Positions 12,546 through 25,720 of a stretch of 64,000 nucleotides of DNA are shown here, piece after piece. The DNA is taken from the NCBI RefSeq assembly GCF_006345805.1, contig NC_042997.1:19406001-19470000 (forward strand). Direction: 5' to 3'. Source of the DNA: Octopus sinensis (lineage: Eukaryota). Under the pieces are notes generated by a model. The model did no database searches, was not told the origin of the DNA, and saw only the letters and a list, made by a program, of their open reading frames with translations. Each line of letters starts with the position of its first letter. Within the stretch, counting starts at the first letter, position 1. The position numbers and the translations under genes are program-made.

Positions 12546-13329
12546 CGTCTACATCAAATCCAGTTGAATTCCAGCTTTATAGTTAGAAAAACTTTCACCG
12601 AATATGACAATTTCTCTAAAACCACTTTTATTCAGTGAGAGAATTTATTTCATGTCAATTCATGGTAAACTGCTCCTGTTCAAATCTTTGCAATTGTGAG
12701 ATAATGGAAACCAGACTCTGGAACATACAGTTATGATAATTTGATGTTCAATATGTGGACAGATGTCAGCTAAGAAACAAGTAATACATTGCAAGTACAG
12801 TAGACCTATCCTATATTTTTATGTCACTTGAAAAGATTGGGACATAAATTTCTCATGTAAATCTAGATAGAGATATGATCAAATGCTTTGCTTCAGTGAC
12901 TATCTTTTTATCTTACAATAATAATTATATGTTCAACAGTTTTGCAACTGGTTTGGAATATTGATTCTGCAACTTATTGAAAGTATGGAAGGAGAAATAT
13001 TTAATGTAATCTCAGACAACTGGGAGTGTTATGGGTATGTTTCCAATATAATGTACTATCCTATTAATATTACAACTTCTTGAAAAATAAGTAAAATGCT
13101 CATGTTTTGACTGACTAAATTATGGAAATTAGGGATAAGATCTATTGTCTGCATAATAGTTCAGTAATAAAATTCAGAATATATGAGATCTACTAACAAA
13201 AGAATCCTCACAGTATACAACATGGAAGATTTAGAACGCTGAGATAGATGTTTACTTGCTATAGAACAGTGATTTAATTTTCAGAATTGAATTGTCTGAT
13301 TAGATTAACAACTCTTTTTCTGAAAGTTG

Positions 13330-13525
13330 CACACTAATATGAATGTGCATATGCATATGTCTGTGAGTATGCATTTATGTATCTATCTATATATCTGTCT
13401 GTACTTATGTATGTGTGTAGATATATATATATACATATATATACTTACATATATATATATATATACATACATACATACATACACGCATATATATACATGC
13501 ATGTATGTATATAAATACATATGTA

Positions 13526-13560
<35 letters not shown>

Positions 13561-13752
13561 GGTCAAAAGGTGACAGCTAGAGATATTCAATATACAAAAC
13601 ATAATAGTGCACAAATTATTAGAATTTATACACTGAGATCTTTATCAAGGACTAGGTCTTTGAAGGAAACAGTGGCCATAAGAGAAATTCAGAGGAATCG
13701 ATATGGAAACAGTGATGGAGTTAATCATGATTAGATTTTGTATATATATAAT

Positions 13753-13800
<48 letters not shown>

Positions 13801-14010
13801 ATATATATATATATATATGTTATATATATATGTTATATATGTTATATATATGTTATATATATGTTATATATATGTTATATATATGTATATATGTTATATA
13901 TATATATATATATAATAGCACCAGGTGGTGCTATTAAGTTAGATATGGCCTGGGCCAATAATGGCCGAAACCTATCAAAGTATCAAAGTATATATATATA
14001 TATATATACA
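13330..14010. repeat. Compound TA/TG microsatellite field with TGT(TA)n higher-order units
   Basis: Seen directly; short unique islands at 13560-13735 and 13913-13985. Confidence 0.9.
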
Positions 14011-14160
14011 TTTGCGGTACCTGCCAGAGGAAGTGTTTGTCCAGGATAGGACTACACAGCCACACCAGGAAATGTATCAGGACATGAAATGTAAAAGCCG
14101 GACTAGACTACTTTATGCGCAACTCCATTGTCTCCCGAGACAAAAAGGATGCCAACCAAT
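14010..14160 (+). mobile_element. Extreme 3' end of a second RTE-type LINE (terminal zinc finger)
   Basis: ICGTCQRKCLSRIGLHSHTRKC* matches the CxxC...SRIGLxSHxRxC terminus of RTE-type ORFs; inserted in (TA)n. Confidence 0.75.
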
Positions 14161-14394
14161 ATATACATATAGGCACTCATAGTTTTATATATATATATTC
14201 ATTTTGCTAAATATATTCAGAAGATAAACACATATTTACAAGCATATAGATATTTATAAATAGGCAAATAAATTTACAAAGAGTATAAAAAATATAGAAT
14301 GCTAGGGAGAGAATGTAAAGTTTTAAACTCAGCAGCGGTTTCTAAGAGCATGGAATTTTGTAATAGTTGTAATGTACATAGTTAGTAGATTAGC

Positions 14395-15630
14395 ATTTTT
14401 CTAAAATGTATATCCTTATATGTGCTTGAATTTGTGTCCTTGTTTGCTTGTTTGTGTGTGTGTGTGTATGTGTGGGTATATACTTGGGTGTATGTCATAA
14501 CTTTTAGCAGCTGTGTGCCTTTCTCCTCAACCCCATCCTTTCACCCAATTGTGCTGCTGCTGTCCTAACATCTGAAAAAATAAATATATATATATATGGT
14601 ACAATTCCTGTATTCCTCTATGTGTGTGTGTGTTCACCCATGGTGTTGCCATTGTGGTAGTTGTTGTTGTTGTTGTTATTGCCATTGTTGTCACCACCAT
14701 TGCTGCTGACTGTGTTAGTTGTGTTGTTAACATTGTATGGCCATCCATGAAGTTTGATGTGTGTGTGTATGGGTTCGCATCGTATGTATCCAATGTAGGT
14801 AGTTGGAGAGACTGCACACAGCATAGGATAGCATATAGATGAAATTTGTTAAGAGCTCAAAGAAGGAAAAAGCTCGTCAGTGATCTACCAACATGCTCAG
14901 ACAGAATATGGAGGCTCAATCAACAGTATGGTGGTTAAAGTATTATTGATACACAAAACTGAATTGACGCTTGGACAGATGACAGAGGCTATACACATAA
15001 AAGTAGATAGCCTGAACCTCAATAGAAAACATGAATGGAACAGTAACACATCACATCACTAAAGACAGTAGGGATGAAAGGAGAGGGGGGAAAGGGAAAA
15101 ACGTAAACAATTCATGTATTACCCTGTATACATAGAAATATACAGGGTAATACATACACAATAGACATATATGCACTTAACTGTGATGAGAAATAGAGAT
15201 AGATGTATAAAAAATAACTAAATATATATATAATAGATAAATATATAAATATATCTGTCACATACTTGTAAGGCAGAGACTGATAAAATATATAAATAAA
15301 ACTATATAAAGGGCAGAAATACATATGAAGCGAACATATACACATACACACACACATATAAAACTTCAGGATGGCCATACAATGTCAACAACACAACTAA
15401 CATGGTCAGCATCAGTGGCCGTGTCAACAATGACAATAACAACTACCACAATGGCAACACCATGGACAAACACACATACACAGGGGAATACAGGAACTGT
15501 ACTATACATATATTTTTTTTGGGGGGGGTAAGGGGAAGGCCACACAGCTGCTAACAACTATGATACACACACATACACAAACAAGGACACAAACACATTT
15601 GAACATAAGGATGTGCATCTTAGAAAAACA
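14395..15630. repeat. Long imperfect inverted repeat
   Basis: Arms about 14395-14790 and 15315-15630; e.g. ccatggtgttgccattgtggtagttg pairs with caactaccacaatggcaacaccatgg. Confidence 0.8.
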
Positions 15631-16704
15631 GAATAGAGTAAGTGGAGCATGAACGTACACGGAAATAAAAAGTGTCACAGAAGAGGTCACAGATGTGTGA
15701 TGAAAGATATCCAGGCAATGGACATGAGTTAAAAATAATAGAGTAAGAACAGTAATAAATGAAGGAAGAAAAAATATATAGGGCATGTGCTTATTTGGCA
15801 CAAAAAGAAAAAATAATCATCCTGAAATACAACAATATCTGTTTCAACACACGATTTCACATAAGGAATCTTGCAAAATAAATGGATAAATGTAGTATAA
15901 ATACATATACATACATGCATGCATGCATGCATGCATACATACATACGTACATACGTATCAGTGTATATGTCGCCCTCCAACTTTCATACAAGTGAAAATA
16001 CTGCATTATTTATGGGATAACCCAATAATACATAAATATATACATATATGTATGTATCAATAATAATAAAGGGTAAAATTAATTAGTTAATTAATAATTA
16101 ATAATTTTACCAAGTAATTTGGCAAGTTAAAAGAATCATTATCGGTAAACTTAAACAAAATTTTTTTATAATTATGAATATAATTATAATTAGGGCTCAA
16201 TAAAAAATTTGCTTCACCACATACTGAAATTTAGAAAAAGCAGCCAAAACTAGCTATTTCTCTACCATAAGAAAATCTCCCATGATATATGTGTATGTGT
16301 GTGTGTGTACTTGGAGAGAAAAAGAGACAGACAGTGAGAGAGAGACTAACAAGCACACAGATGGACCGACAGGGACTGGTGGATAAATAGACAGACAGAG
16401 ACACACACACACACACACATACATACATACATACACAGAAAAGGATGAGTATGAAAATTTTCTGAGCAAATAACATGCAAATGCTCTTTATTAAAAGTGG
16501 TATCTAACTAGAATATAAACAGAGGTATTCAAAGTGTGTTTGTGTGTATGTGTATCTATATATATATGTGTGTGTGTGTGTGCATACATACACACACTAT
16601 GTACATCTGATGTTTATTTCACAAGATACCATCAGCATGCCTTGCTGAGACTTCTGACACAGAGGATTTGAGTTTAATTCATTCAATGTGGTGCCATTCT
16701 AATC

Positions 16705-16709
16705 CTTGC

Positions 16710-16786
<77 letters not shown>

Positions 16787-16790
16787 CTTT
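16705..16790. repeat. (TCTA)n microsatellite
   Basis: Seen directly. Confidence 0.95.
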
Positions 16791-16839
16791 ATCTTTTTAC
16801 CTGTCTGTTGCTCTGTCTGTCTCTCTCTATTTCTCCTCT

Positions 16840-17390
16840 CATCATCACCATGATCTTCATTATTTTAACATCCACTTTTCCATGCTTTCATGGGTCAGAT
16901 AGAAATCATTGAAGAATATTTTCTATGGTTGGATACTCTTCTTGTAGCCAAAATTTGCCTGTTTCTAAGAAAGGTGATATCTGACCATGGCTAGGCATGT
17001 TTTTAGGGTGTGGGTTTGGATGTTGGGGATGTGGTGAGCAGTGACACAGGGAACATGGCAGTGGGGGCAAGAAAAGGGATTGGAAAACAATTATAATTTA
17101 TGAAGAGGAAATGTGAGGAAGCAAAAGATGCAGTTAGAAGAGTTGTAGTTTGATTTCTTAGGGTAGAGAGGGTGAAAGGTGTGTTGTTATATGTGGTGGG
17201 ACAACTCTTCTAGCACTCAGTTTCAGGGATGGGTCTTTTCTAGAACCTCATATCATCAAACATCTTGGTCCCCTATCATCTCCTCCATGAGTCCTAACAT
17301 TCTAAGATCAGTCCTCACCACTTCATCCTATGCCGTCCTGGGTCTCCCTCTTCCACAAGTATCTTCCACTTTCAACGACAGGTAGTTCTG
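16840..17390 (-). mobile_element. Decayed RTE 3' region
   Basis: KVEDTCGRGRPRTA*DEVVRTDLRMLGL on the - strand, plus a 3' tail at 16840. Confidence 0.65.
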
Positions 17391-17410
17391 CATACAGAAC
17401 TCATATGCAT

Positions 17411-17453
<43 letters not shown>

Positions 17454-18209
17454 TTGCTTACGAACTACATGGTTCCTGGTTCATTCCCACTGTGTGGCAA
17501 CTTGGGCAAGTGTCTTCTACTAAAGCGTCAGGCCAACCAAAGCCTTGTGAGTGAATTTGGAAGATGGAAACTGAAAGAAGCCCGTCGTGTATATATATAT
17601 ATATTTATATGTGTGCGTGTATTTATATATAAACTCACATATAAAGCAAATAGGCAGAATTGATGGAATGTTTAATGTCCCATTTTTGTGAGTCTGTGCT
17701 CTGGTTTCAAAACCCTGCTGAGGCCAATTTTGCTGTCTACCTGCCCATATGTATACATACAGATGTAGACACAAGTGCACCTTAGGCAACAGAAGCCCCT
17801 TACATGTATATGTATATAGATATTGACGTATGTTGACTTACTGTAAAATTATTTTAAGACTAAAGCTCTTTCTGAGATTCTACAAATTTTATAAGCAAAA
17901 TATTATGAATGTAATCTATTTCACTTCCATTTACTATTGATGCACTCAGAATTAATCCTGCTCCCTTAGGCATACACTTTGTGAAGTCAGAATCTGTTTA
18001 TATGATAAATTGCTAAATCTGTTTTCAATTTTCTCTGTAAGAATGTTCTAAAACAAAATATAAGTATAGAATGAAAAATAAAATTTCATAGTGAAAGTTT
18101 GCAATTTTAAAACCTTAAAACTTGTTACATTTTAATATAAAGTCATTTCAAGGTGTTTCTAGTATAATTATAATGTAAGTCAATGCAATGGAATAAAGTG
18201 CAAATCTGT

Positions 18210-18885
18210 GATAATGATTTCAAATTTTGGCACAAAGTCAGCAATTTTGGGGGAGGGGTAAGTTGATTACTTCAACTTCACTGCTCAACTGGTATTTATT
18301 TTATCAACCCCAAAATGATAAATGGCAAAGTTGACCTCAGCAGCATTCGAACTCAGAATGTAAAGACACACATTATGTCACTAAGCATGTTGCCCAGGGT
18401 GCTAACATTTCTGTTTGCTCACTGCCATAAAATCTAAGATAATACTGAAATACATGTGGCGTTTACCAGTTGCTAGAGCTTCAAGTGGAAGGCTTTTCAG
18501 TATTTATTCTGATAGCCAGTGCTTGGAGTTCATTTCCTATGAAGACCAACTTTATTTGCATACTTTTGGAGTTGATTCAAAAAGTACCAATCTAGGCCAG
18601 TGGATTGGTAGGAATATAAAAACATTGGTAGAAATATAAAAAAATAAGGTGGTGAGCTGGCAGAAATGTTAGTACACCAGGTGAAATGCTTAGCAGTATT
18701 TCGTCTGCCATTACGTTCTGAGTTCAAATTCTGCTGAGGTCGACTTTGACTTTCATCCTTTCGGGGTCGATAAATTAAGTACCAGTTACACACTGGGGTC
18801 GATGTAATCAACTTAACCCCTTTGTCTCTCCTTGTTTGTCCCCTCTATGTTTAGCTCCTTGTGGGCAATAAAGAAATAAGAAATA
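18210..18885. mobile_element. Two SINE C copies back to back (18210-18425 on -, 18647-18880 on +)
   Basis: Family C core on opposite strands; the + copy is flanked by agaaatataaaaa repeats. Confidence 0.8.
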
Positions 18886-19384
18886 TAAAAACATCACATG
18901 CAATGCTTTGCAGTATTTATCCCAGCAAATATATGAAGCAAATACTGAGTTCAAATTCCAGTGTGGCCAACTTGAGTGATAAACTTAACCTGTCACTACG
19001 TTTACCATCAACAACTTGCACATTATGTACCTTTAACAGAATTCACACTGTTATAAACATTTAGAGCAGGTCTCCACTTCGAAGATACCTTCCTTCCCTC
19101 TGACCAATATTCTTGGAGGTCCTATGAAATGTTATCTGCACTGCCTTCTCTCATGATCAAAAAATAAAGAAAAAGAGATGTTGCCAGTCAGTACCATGTT
19201 ATGGCATGGGAACACTGGGAAGTTGCCCAGAAGCCTCATGGATCTAGGGACCCAATCTATATATATTGTAACTTGCTGTCAATAAATAACTACTATAATG
19301 CCCAATGCATTCATTTGTCATAAGGTCTATACTACAGCTAAGACAACCCTGGTGCTGGTAGCATATCTTGTTACCTTCTATTAG

Positions 19385-19444
19385 TAACAAGATACTTCAT
19401 TCCCAAGAATGATTATATTTTCTTGGATATCAAAACATTATTAG
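19385..19444 (+). CDS. Candidate exon: TRYFIPKNDYIFLDIKTLL
   Basis: Acceptor tcttgttaccttctattag, donor TAG|gtaagg, 60 nt, open, phase 1 to 1. Confidence 0.5.
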
Positions 19445-20028
19445 GTAAGGATAATATATAATTAGTGATTAATTGAACATAGAAGACTGAGAACGAAAGA
19501 GGTAAGTAGATTGTCCTATCCATGAAAAATATTCTACAATGGAGGCTACAAAAGGGGCTTCAAAGCATAATAGTCATTCATATAGTGTTTATTCAATTAT
19601 ATCCAATTCTGTAGTTATCATTTCACAATACTACAATAACAGAGAAATATTTGAGCCAGTGTTTTCCATTTCTAACGTATGGTTAGTGTTGTTGTGGTGG
19701 TTGTTATAGCCTAGTTCAGCTCTGATCAAACAGATCTAAGATCAGCAATTTATCAAGGACTATCTTATTCAAGATCATGTATCTTTTAAATTGTAAGATA
19801 TTTTCTGAGAGTGATATGGCTCTATATTTTACAGGTCAAAAAATTGCATAGAGATTCACTTGTCTTGTGTTATTTCTAGCAGCTTGAGTTTCTGTATAAA
19901 GATACTTTCTTCACTACTACTATCTGTAGCAGTAATTACATAGAATTTCACCTTTAACATTGTAGATTCTAACAATATATATTAACTGTTTTTTACACTG
20001 TTGGTGAATCTGAGAACCATTTTTACTT

Positions 20029-20169
20029 AGAGTCAAGACTATTGAAAATGTTGCAAGATGCAACGAAAATTTTAAGAAAATAAAAATAAGAAATAAGTGG
20101 AAATTTTACCGGTGAATGTGTTACATTATAAGGCACAAAAAGAAAATGACTCTCCCCAGACACAACAGA
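20029..20169. repeat. One arm plus part of the loop of the 43693-43965 palindromic element
   Basis: Matches 43829-43965. Confidence 0.85.
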
Positions 20170-20699
20170 ATTTTCACTTAGGTTTCTCAGAAACTCACTA
20201 TTTTCCAAAAGTCTAGTCTCTATCTTTCAATCAATCAAACTGTTAGAAGCAGTAACTGATCCCCACACAAATTACACCCTAGTGTCTTGAAAAGAGAAAA
20301 ACACATTAAATAACGTAGTCATTCATATACAATACCAAAAACAAGATGAGATGATAATGGAAGGAAATTCTTTGAGCATAGGATGATCTATATCTATGAT
20401 TGTTTTCTATATTTAGGAAATGTTTCATTTGTGCTTAAGATTTTTCTTGAAAACCATGTTTCTTCAAAATTTAATATTTTGGTTTTCATCTTGAGCTTCA
20501 TTATGGCTAGTGCTATACACACTTCTTCATCACTTTTACTCTCTTCACACTAATTTAGCAAATATGGATAAGCTTATTCTTTGAGGAGGAAGTTTAATAA
20601 ATATAAAACATGTATAAGTTGTTGCCCATACTTGTCAAATTCAAAATCAAATATTATCCATTTGAACCAATGTTTTCCTTCTTCCTACCTCTTAAGCAT

Positions 20700-20875
20700 T
20701 ATTAATTTTACATTCTGAGTTCAATATCTGCCGAGGTCGACTTAGCCTATCATCCTTTCGGGGTCGATTAAATAAGTACCAGTTACGCACTGGGGTTGAT
20801 TTAATTGGCTTAATCCCTTTGTCTGTCCTTGTTTGTCTCCTCTATGTTTAGCCTCATGTGGGCAATAAAGAAAAA
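20700..20875 (+). mobile_element. 5'-truncated SINE C
   Basis: gaggtcgacttagcctatcatcctttcggggtcg core. Confidence 0.8.
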
Positions 20876-21096
20876 AAATTATTTATGGTAGAATTGGTAA
20901 ATAAAATGCCTCAAAATATTTTACAAATTCCTTACATTCTGAGTTCAAAATACTATTGAGATCAGCTTTATGTACATTCTTACAGGGTTAATAAAATAGT
21001 TATTATTCAGGTGCTGGGGTTGTTTTAAGCCTGCAAAGATTTCTGGTACTGTTCCTGTATAAGAAACCATTATTAATTTACAATATTTTCCTTCAG

Positions 21097-21140
21097 ATGG
21101 CACTAGTAACATTTATTTTTTCCATCAGTTGTATCTCAAG
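21097..21140 (+). CDS. Candidate exon: (D)GTSNIYFFHQLYLK
   Basis: Acceptor atattttccttcag, donor AAG|gtagtc, phase 1 to 0; joins 19385-19444 in frame. Confidence 0.45.
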
Positions 21141-23449
21141 GTAGTCACATTGGCTATGATGATGATCTTATATGACTACTTGTGTACATTATTTATACCA
21201 GATATTTATTCACATATGATTAATTTGGCAAATACAGAAAAGGCTATACTTCAGAGAGGAGGTGTAATAAAATTTGAAACTCGAAGTTGTCACCCATACA
21301 TGCCAAGATCAGATTAAAAACATTATTGTTATTTGGTTAATGTTTTTCTTCTCCTCACCACACAAATATTATTTAATTAATTCATTGCTTTCTATGTTAG
21401 ATATAATGGCCCTAACTTGACTATACATTTTATTTATGTGTATATTCTATATTAAAAATCCTAACTTGAAGCATTTGTAGATGGCTTGGCTGTTGCAAGT
21501 ATTTTTATTCCTAAATAGGGAAATTATGATGGATTTCACCTTTCAGAAATGTCAAATTATGCAATTGATATTATTTGGAATGATATAATTCTACTCATGA
21601 GTTTTACATTTGCATCTTTTGTCCATTCAATCACACAAGATGAAAAAAAATGCAATTAGTTCTAGAGCTGTATAAAAGAATTTCATATCATAAGATAGGC
21701 ATGGTTATTTCAAACATTTTAACACATAAGGAATCTTATATTAGATTGAGAGAGGAAGAAAGAGAGAGGAAGGAGAATGGGGGACAGAGAAAGGGACAGG
21801 GTGGAAAGAGATGGAGACAGCGAGAAACTGAAAGAGAAAAAGCCAAAGAGAAATAAGGGAGACACAAAAATAAAGCAAAAATATCTGCACTTATAAGCAT
21901 AATCAATTATAATAACTAAAAGAACAAATATAGTATTTATGAATATTCTCGAGGCTGTTCATGCATGCATTCATATAGAGATACATTTATTTTCCTAGAG
22001 GTAGAAAAATATATAACTATATAAAGAACTACATGAACCAAGGTTTAAACACATGTGCGCACATTCATGCTTAAATATAGTACACATAAAAATTTGCTCA
22101 ATATGGATGTAATTTATGCACACACACACACACAGATACGTACATGCCGACATACATACATACAGACAGACACATACACACATACATTAAATAAAAACTT
22201 GTGAATGGAATTTGGATAGCAGAAATTGTGCAGAAACTCATCATCTACACGTCTATCTATCAAATCATGATTGTGTATGAGCGTGTGTGTGTGTGTATTA
22301 TGTATGTGTATTATGTTTCATATATATACGAATATGTATATGTTGCTAAGAAGTTTTCACACTAGTAAATTTACTCTAAAATCAAAGCAGTAAAATGCTA
22401 TGAGGTCTCTATTATGTGAAGGGAATGGAAAATTTACATTTTTGCCTTGAGAAGCTACCGGTTTCACTTGTCAAGGGACTATAGTCATGCAAATAAAAGT
22501 GGGAATTAAACTGAAATAAATTAATCCTTCATGACAGCAGTTTTGAAAGTCCATCTCTGCTTCTTACAAAATTTACATGGTAGTTGTTATTGAGTCATAA
22601 TCATAGTAGCAGTGGTGGTGGTCTATTGTTACTAAGGATGAGAAAAGTTGTATAGTGGCATTGACAGTAGTAGTAGCTGTGACAATGGTAAAGGTTGTAG
22701 TAGCATTCAGTCAGATAAATAGTAGTGACTTCATCAATATCAGAGGAGCAGTAGTTTCAGCAATAGCAGCTCATGCAGTAGTGTTGGTAACTATGGTAGC
22801 AACTGAAGGAGATGGCTGTAGCAGTGGTCGTAGTACTAACATCAACGGCCATAGTGGTGATAACAGTAGTTAATGGTTAAGAAGTTGTCAGGATTTCTTT
22901 ATGAATGTTTTTTTCTTGATGCATTGCTATTCCAATGTGCTCTCAGTAAATTAACACAGGGAAAATATCGTCAAAATATCATTACTCTCACATATTTCCA
23001 TATTTCATTTCTATTCTGATCAATAATCAAGATCGATAAATGATTAGAAATTATAACCAATTAGATCAATCATAGACTGCATCATCAGTTAATACATTGA
23101 AATATGGTATTTCATTCCATCTTTTAATGATGTAATCCATGGTCGATTTAATTGATTAAAATTTCTAACTATTCATCATTCACTGAAACGATCATAATGG
23201 AAATGAAATAAACGAAATACCAACATTTCGCTTCCTCTTATTTTCTTACGACACGTTCTCTTCATACTAATTAATAACATTATACTCTATACAGTTTCCT
23301 TCCCTGGATCCAGTAACAATAAGAGTTTAATGTGAATGTTATTCAGATTCACAGCTTTATACAGAAATGTGTCATGCTCCTAGCACATCTACTTACAATC
23401 ACACACACACAGACACACACACACATACATGCTAATAACTGTTCTCTGA

Positions 23450-23810
23450 GCATTATGTGTCTAAACAAACTGGCTTACAAGGCTAGTATCACAGATATGG
23501 ATCTGGCCATAAGAACTTGCATTGGACTTGCTGAAAATACTTTCAAGGGAAGATGCACGTAGCAGTTAGTGTTTTTAGAGATAGGAATAAAATACGTAAA
23601 CATCTTTTTCTAACGTAGTATAGAACCTTGAAGACGGGAGCATGAATAACTCCCATATAAACTGGAGCATTAGAGGTCAGTAAGTACAAAGGACAAGGCA
23701 GCAGATGCAACCTCTGTATTACAGAGAGATTAGAAATCATAATTTTGACAAGGAACACTTTGAAAATTAGAAAAGAAACCTTCTCCTTTTCATATACAAA
23801 TATCTTAAAC
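23450..23810 (+). pseudogene. Penelope-like element GIY-YIG endonuclease remnant
   Basis: CLNKLAYKASI...TCIGLAENTFKGR, then after frameshifts INWSI and KYKGQGSRCNLCITERLEII, matching the PLE endonuclease layout. Confidence 0.75.
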
Positions 23811-24139
23811 TACAAATTTCAAGCATGACCACCTCGTCCATCTAACTATCTATCCAACTAGAATAGATTTAAGATGTAATGTCAAGATTGATTTTATGCA
23901 CAATAAGCATTATAGAAATATACTCCCAAGAACTTGTGCTAGTTTTCTGACCTACAGAGATAATGCATAACAAACACATAACACATATACAAGCATCAAA
24001 CGGTTTGCAAATTATTATATTTTATGAACTTACAATTTCATGGACTAATCATACGTTCAAATCTTGTGGAAACCTCATAATTGACAAGATACATACGTGC
24101 ATATATCCACAAAATTTTGGCATTTATTTTTGGATGCAT

Positions 24140-24162
24140 TAGTATGTGTGTGTGTGTGTGTG

Positions 24163-24217
<55 letters not shown>

Positions 24218-24218
24218 C

Positions 24219-24306
<88 letters not shown>

Positions 24307-24315
24307 CTATATATG
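24140..24315. repeat. (TG)n(TA)n microsatellite with TTTC interruptions
   Basis: Seen directly. Confidence 0.95.
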
Positions 24316-25604
24316 GCTATGCATGAGTGTTCTCGTATAATGCCGTTAATCTGCGTTAAGCACAAATACTTGCAGAAAGAAAAACAAGGTCAATGCAAGG
24401 GAAATAACAATTAAATACGTCCCTAAAAGAATCATCTCTCTTTATCTCTGTATCTCTTAATTTTGAAGTCTTATATAATCGTGTGTAATCTCAAGTCATC
24501 CCATACGAAACAGGCTCAATTAGCAACATTCTTTAGAACACTTGAAGAATTATGAAATTTTTTCTACGTGAAACAATCAGTGGCAATGTTTATTCACAAA
24601 TATTATCAAACGAATGCATTGTTGAATATAAATGAATATATATGTTCACATGCACATCTATATTCATGCTCGAACATACACACACATTAATGTAAGGGAT
24701 GCTAAGTTCTAATGTTATAAATGGACAAAACTTGAAGTATAAGTCAATCCAGCATTCTTATGTGTGTGTTTGTGTGTGTGTGTGTGTAATTTTGGTGTTT
24801 ATATTTTTCATGTGATACATGATACCTGCAAAGTATATAATAAATGTTTTATTTTTAATCCCTCAACTTCAAAACCTAAACAATTTGCTTAATTCAATTA
24901 AAAACTTATCCACTACTGGAAAACTTTAAATAATTTAGTTATATCTCGATGTTGCTTCTAAAGAACCATACTCCTTTTTGTTTTTTGGCCTGTTAATATC
25001 ACTGCCCCCACCACAATCCCCATCATCATCGTCACCATCATTTATTGTCGTCGTCATCGTTGACATCATTTTAAGTCTATTTCCCCTAATAGCAAGGTTT
25101 ATATGATACAACAGAATCTGAATCAGTTCTTATTGGGGCTAAAGCCCTCCAAGAAAAGTTATAGGATTATATCTTGTTCAAACATCTGAGTTTCATCATG
25201 ATTTCTATAGCTGGATGCCCTTGCTAGCAACAACGATGGGAGTATTGTTCTTAGGCACCAGCACTGGTAAGGTTGTCAAGAACTCAGCAGGACTAAAGTG
25301 TTCTCTCAACTCTGCACTCACTCCACTTAATTTACCTTTCACTTCACAGACCACTTTGGGTTTGACATTGCAATTAAGCAAAATTATTATTCTTGCTTCT
25401 GTATTCTTTTTCTGAACTTACTGCATTCTTTGATTACAAGAATTATATGCATATTAGAGATTTTTCTATATTTCTCATAAAACTTGAGAAGTCTATGTCT
25501 ATATGGATAAATGTCATTGAATTAGGTTGTATATTTTTTCCTATATCATTATATTCACACTGAACAAATACATAGAATTTTCAAAGACTTATAATGTGAC
25601 TGAA

Positions 25605-25607
25605 GGA

Positions 25608-25640
<33 letters not shown>

Positions 25641-25654
25641 TTAAAGAAATCATT

Positions 25655-25685
<31 letters not shown>

Positions 25686-25720
25686 TTATCTTAAAGAAAT
25701 CATTATTATTTTATTATTGC
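25605..25720. repeat. (TTA)n with a duplicated ttaaagaaatca spacer
   Basis: Seen directly. Confidence 0.9.

Noticed and set aside
22590-22873. 72 aa V/A/S-rich ORF
   Set aside because: Decayed (GTA/GCA)n triplet repeat.
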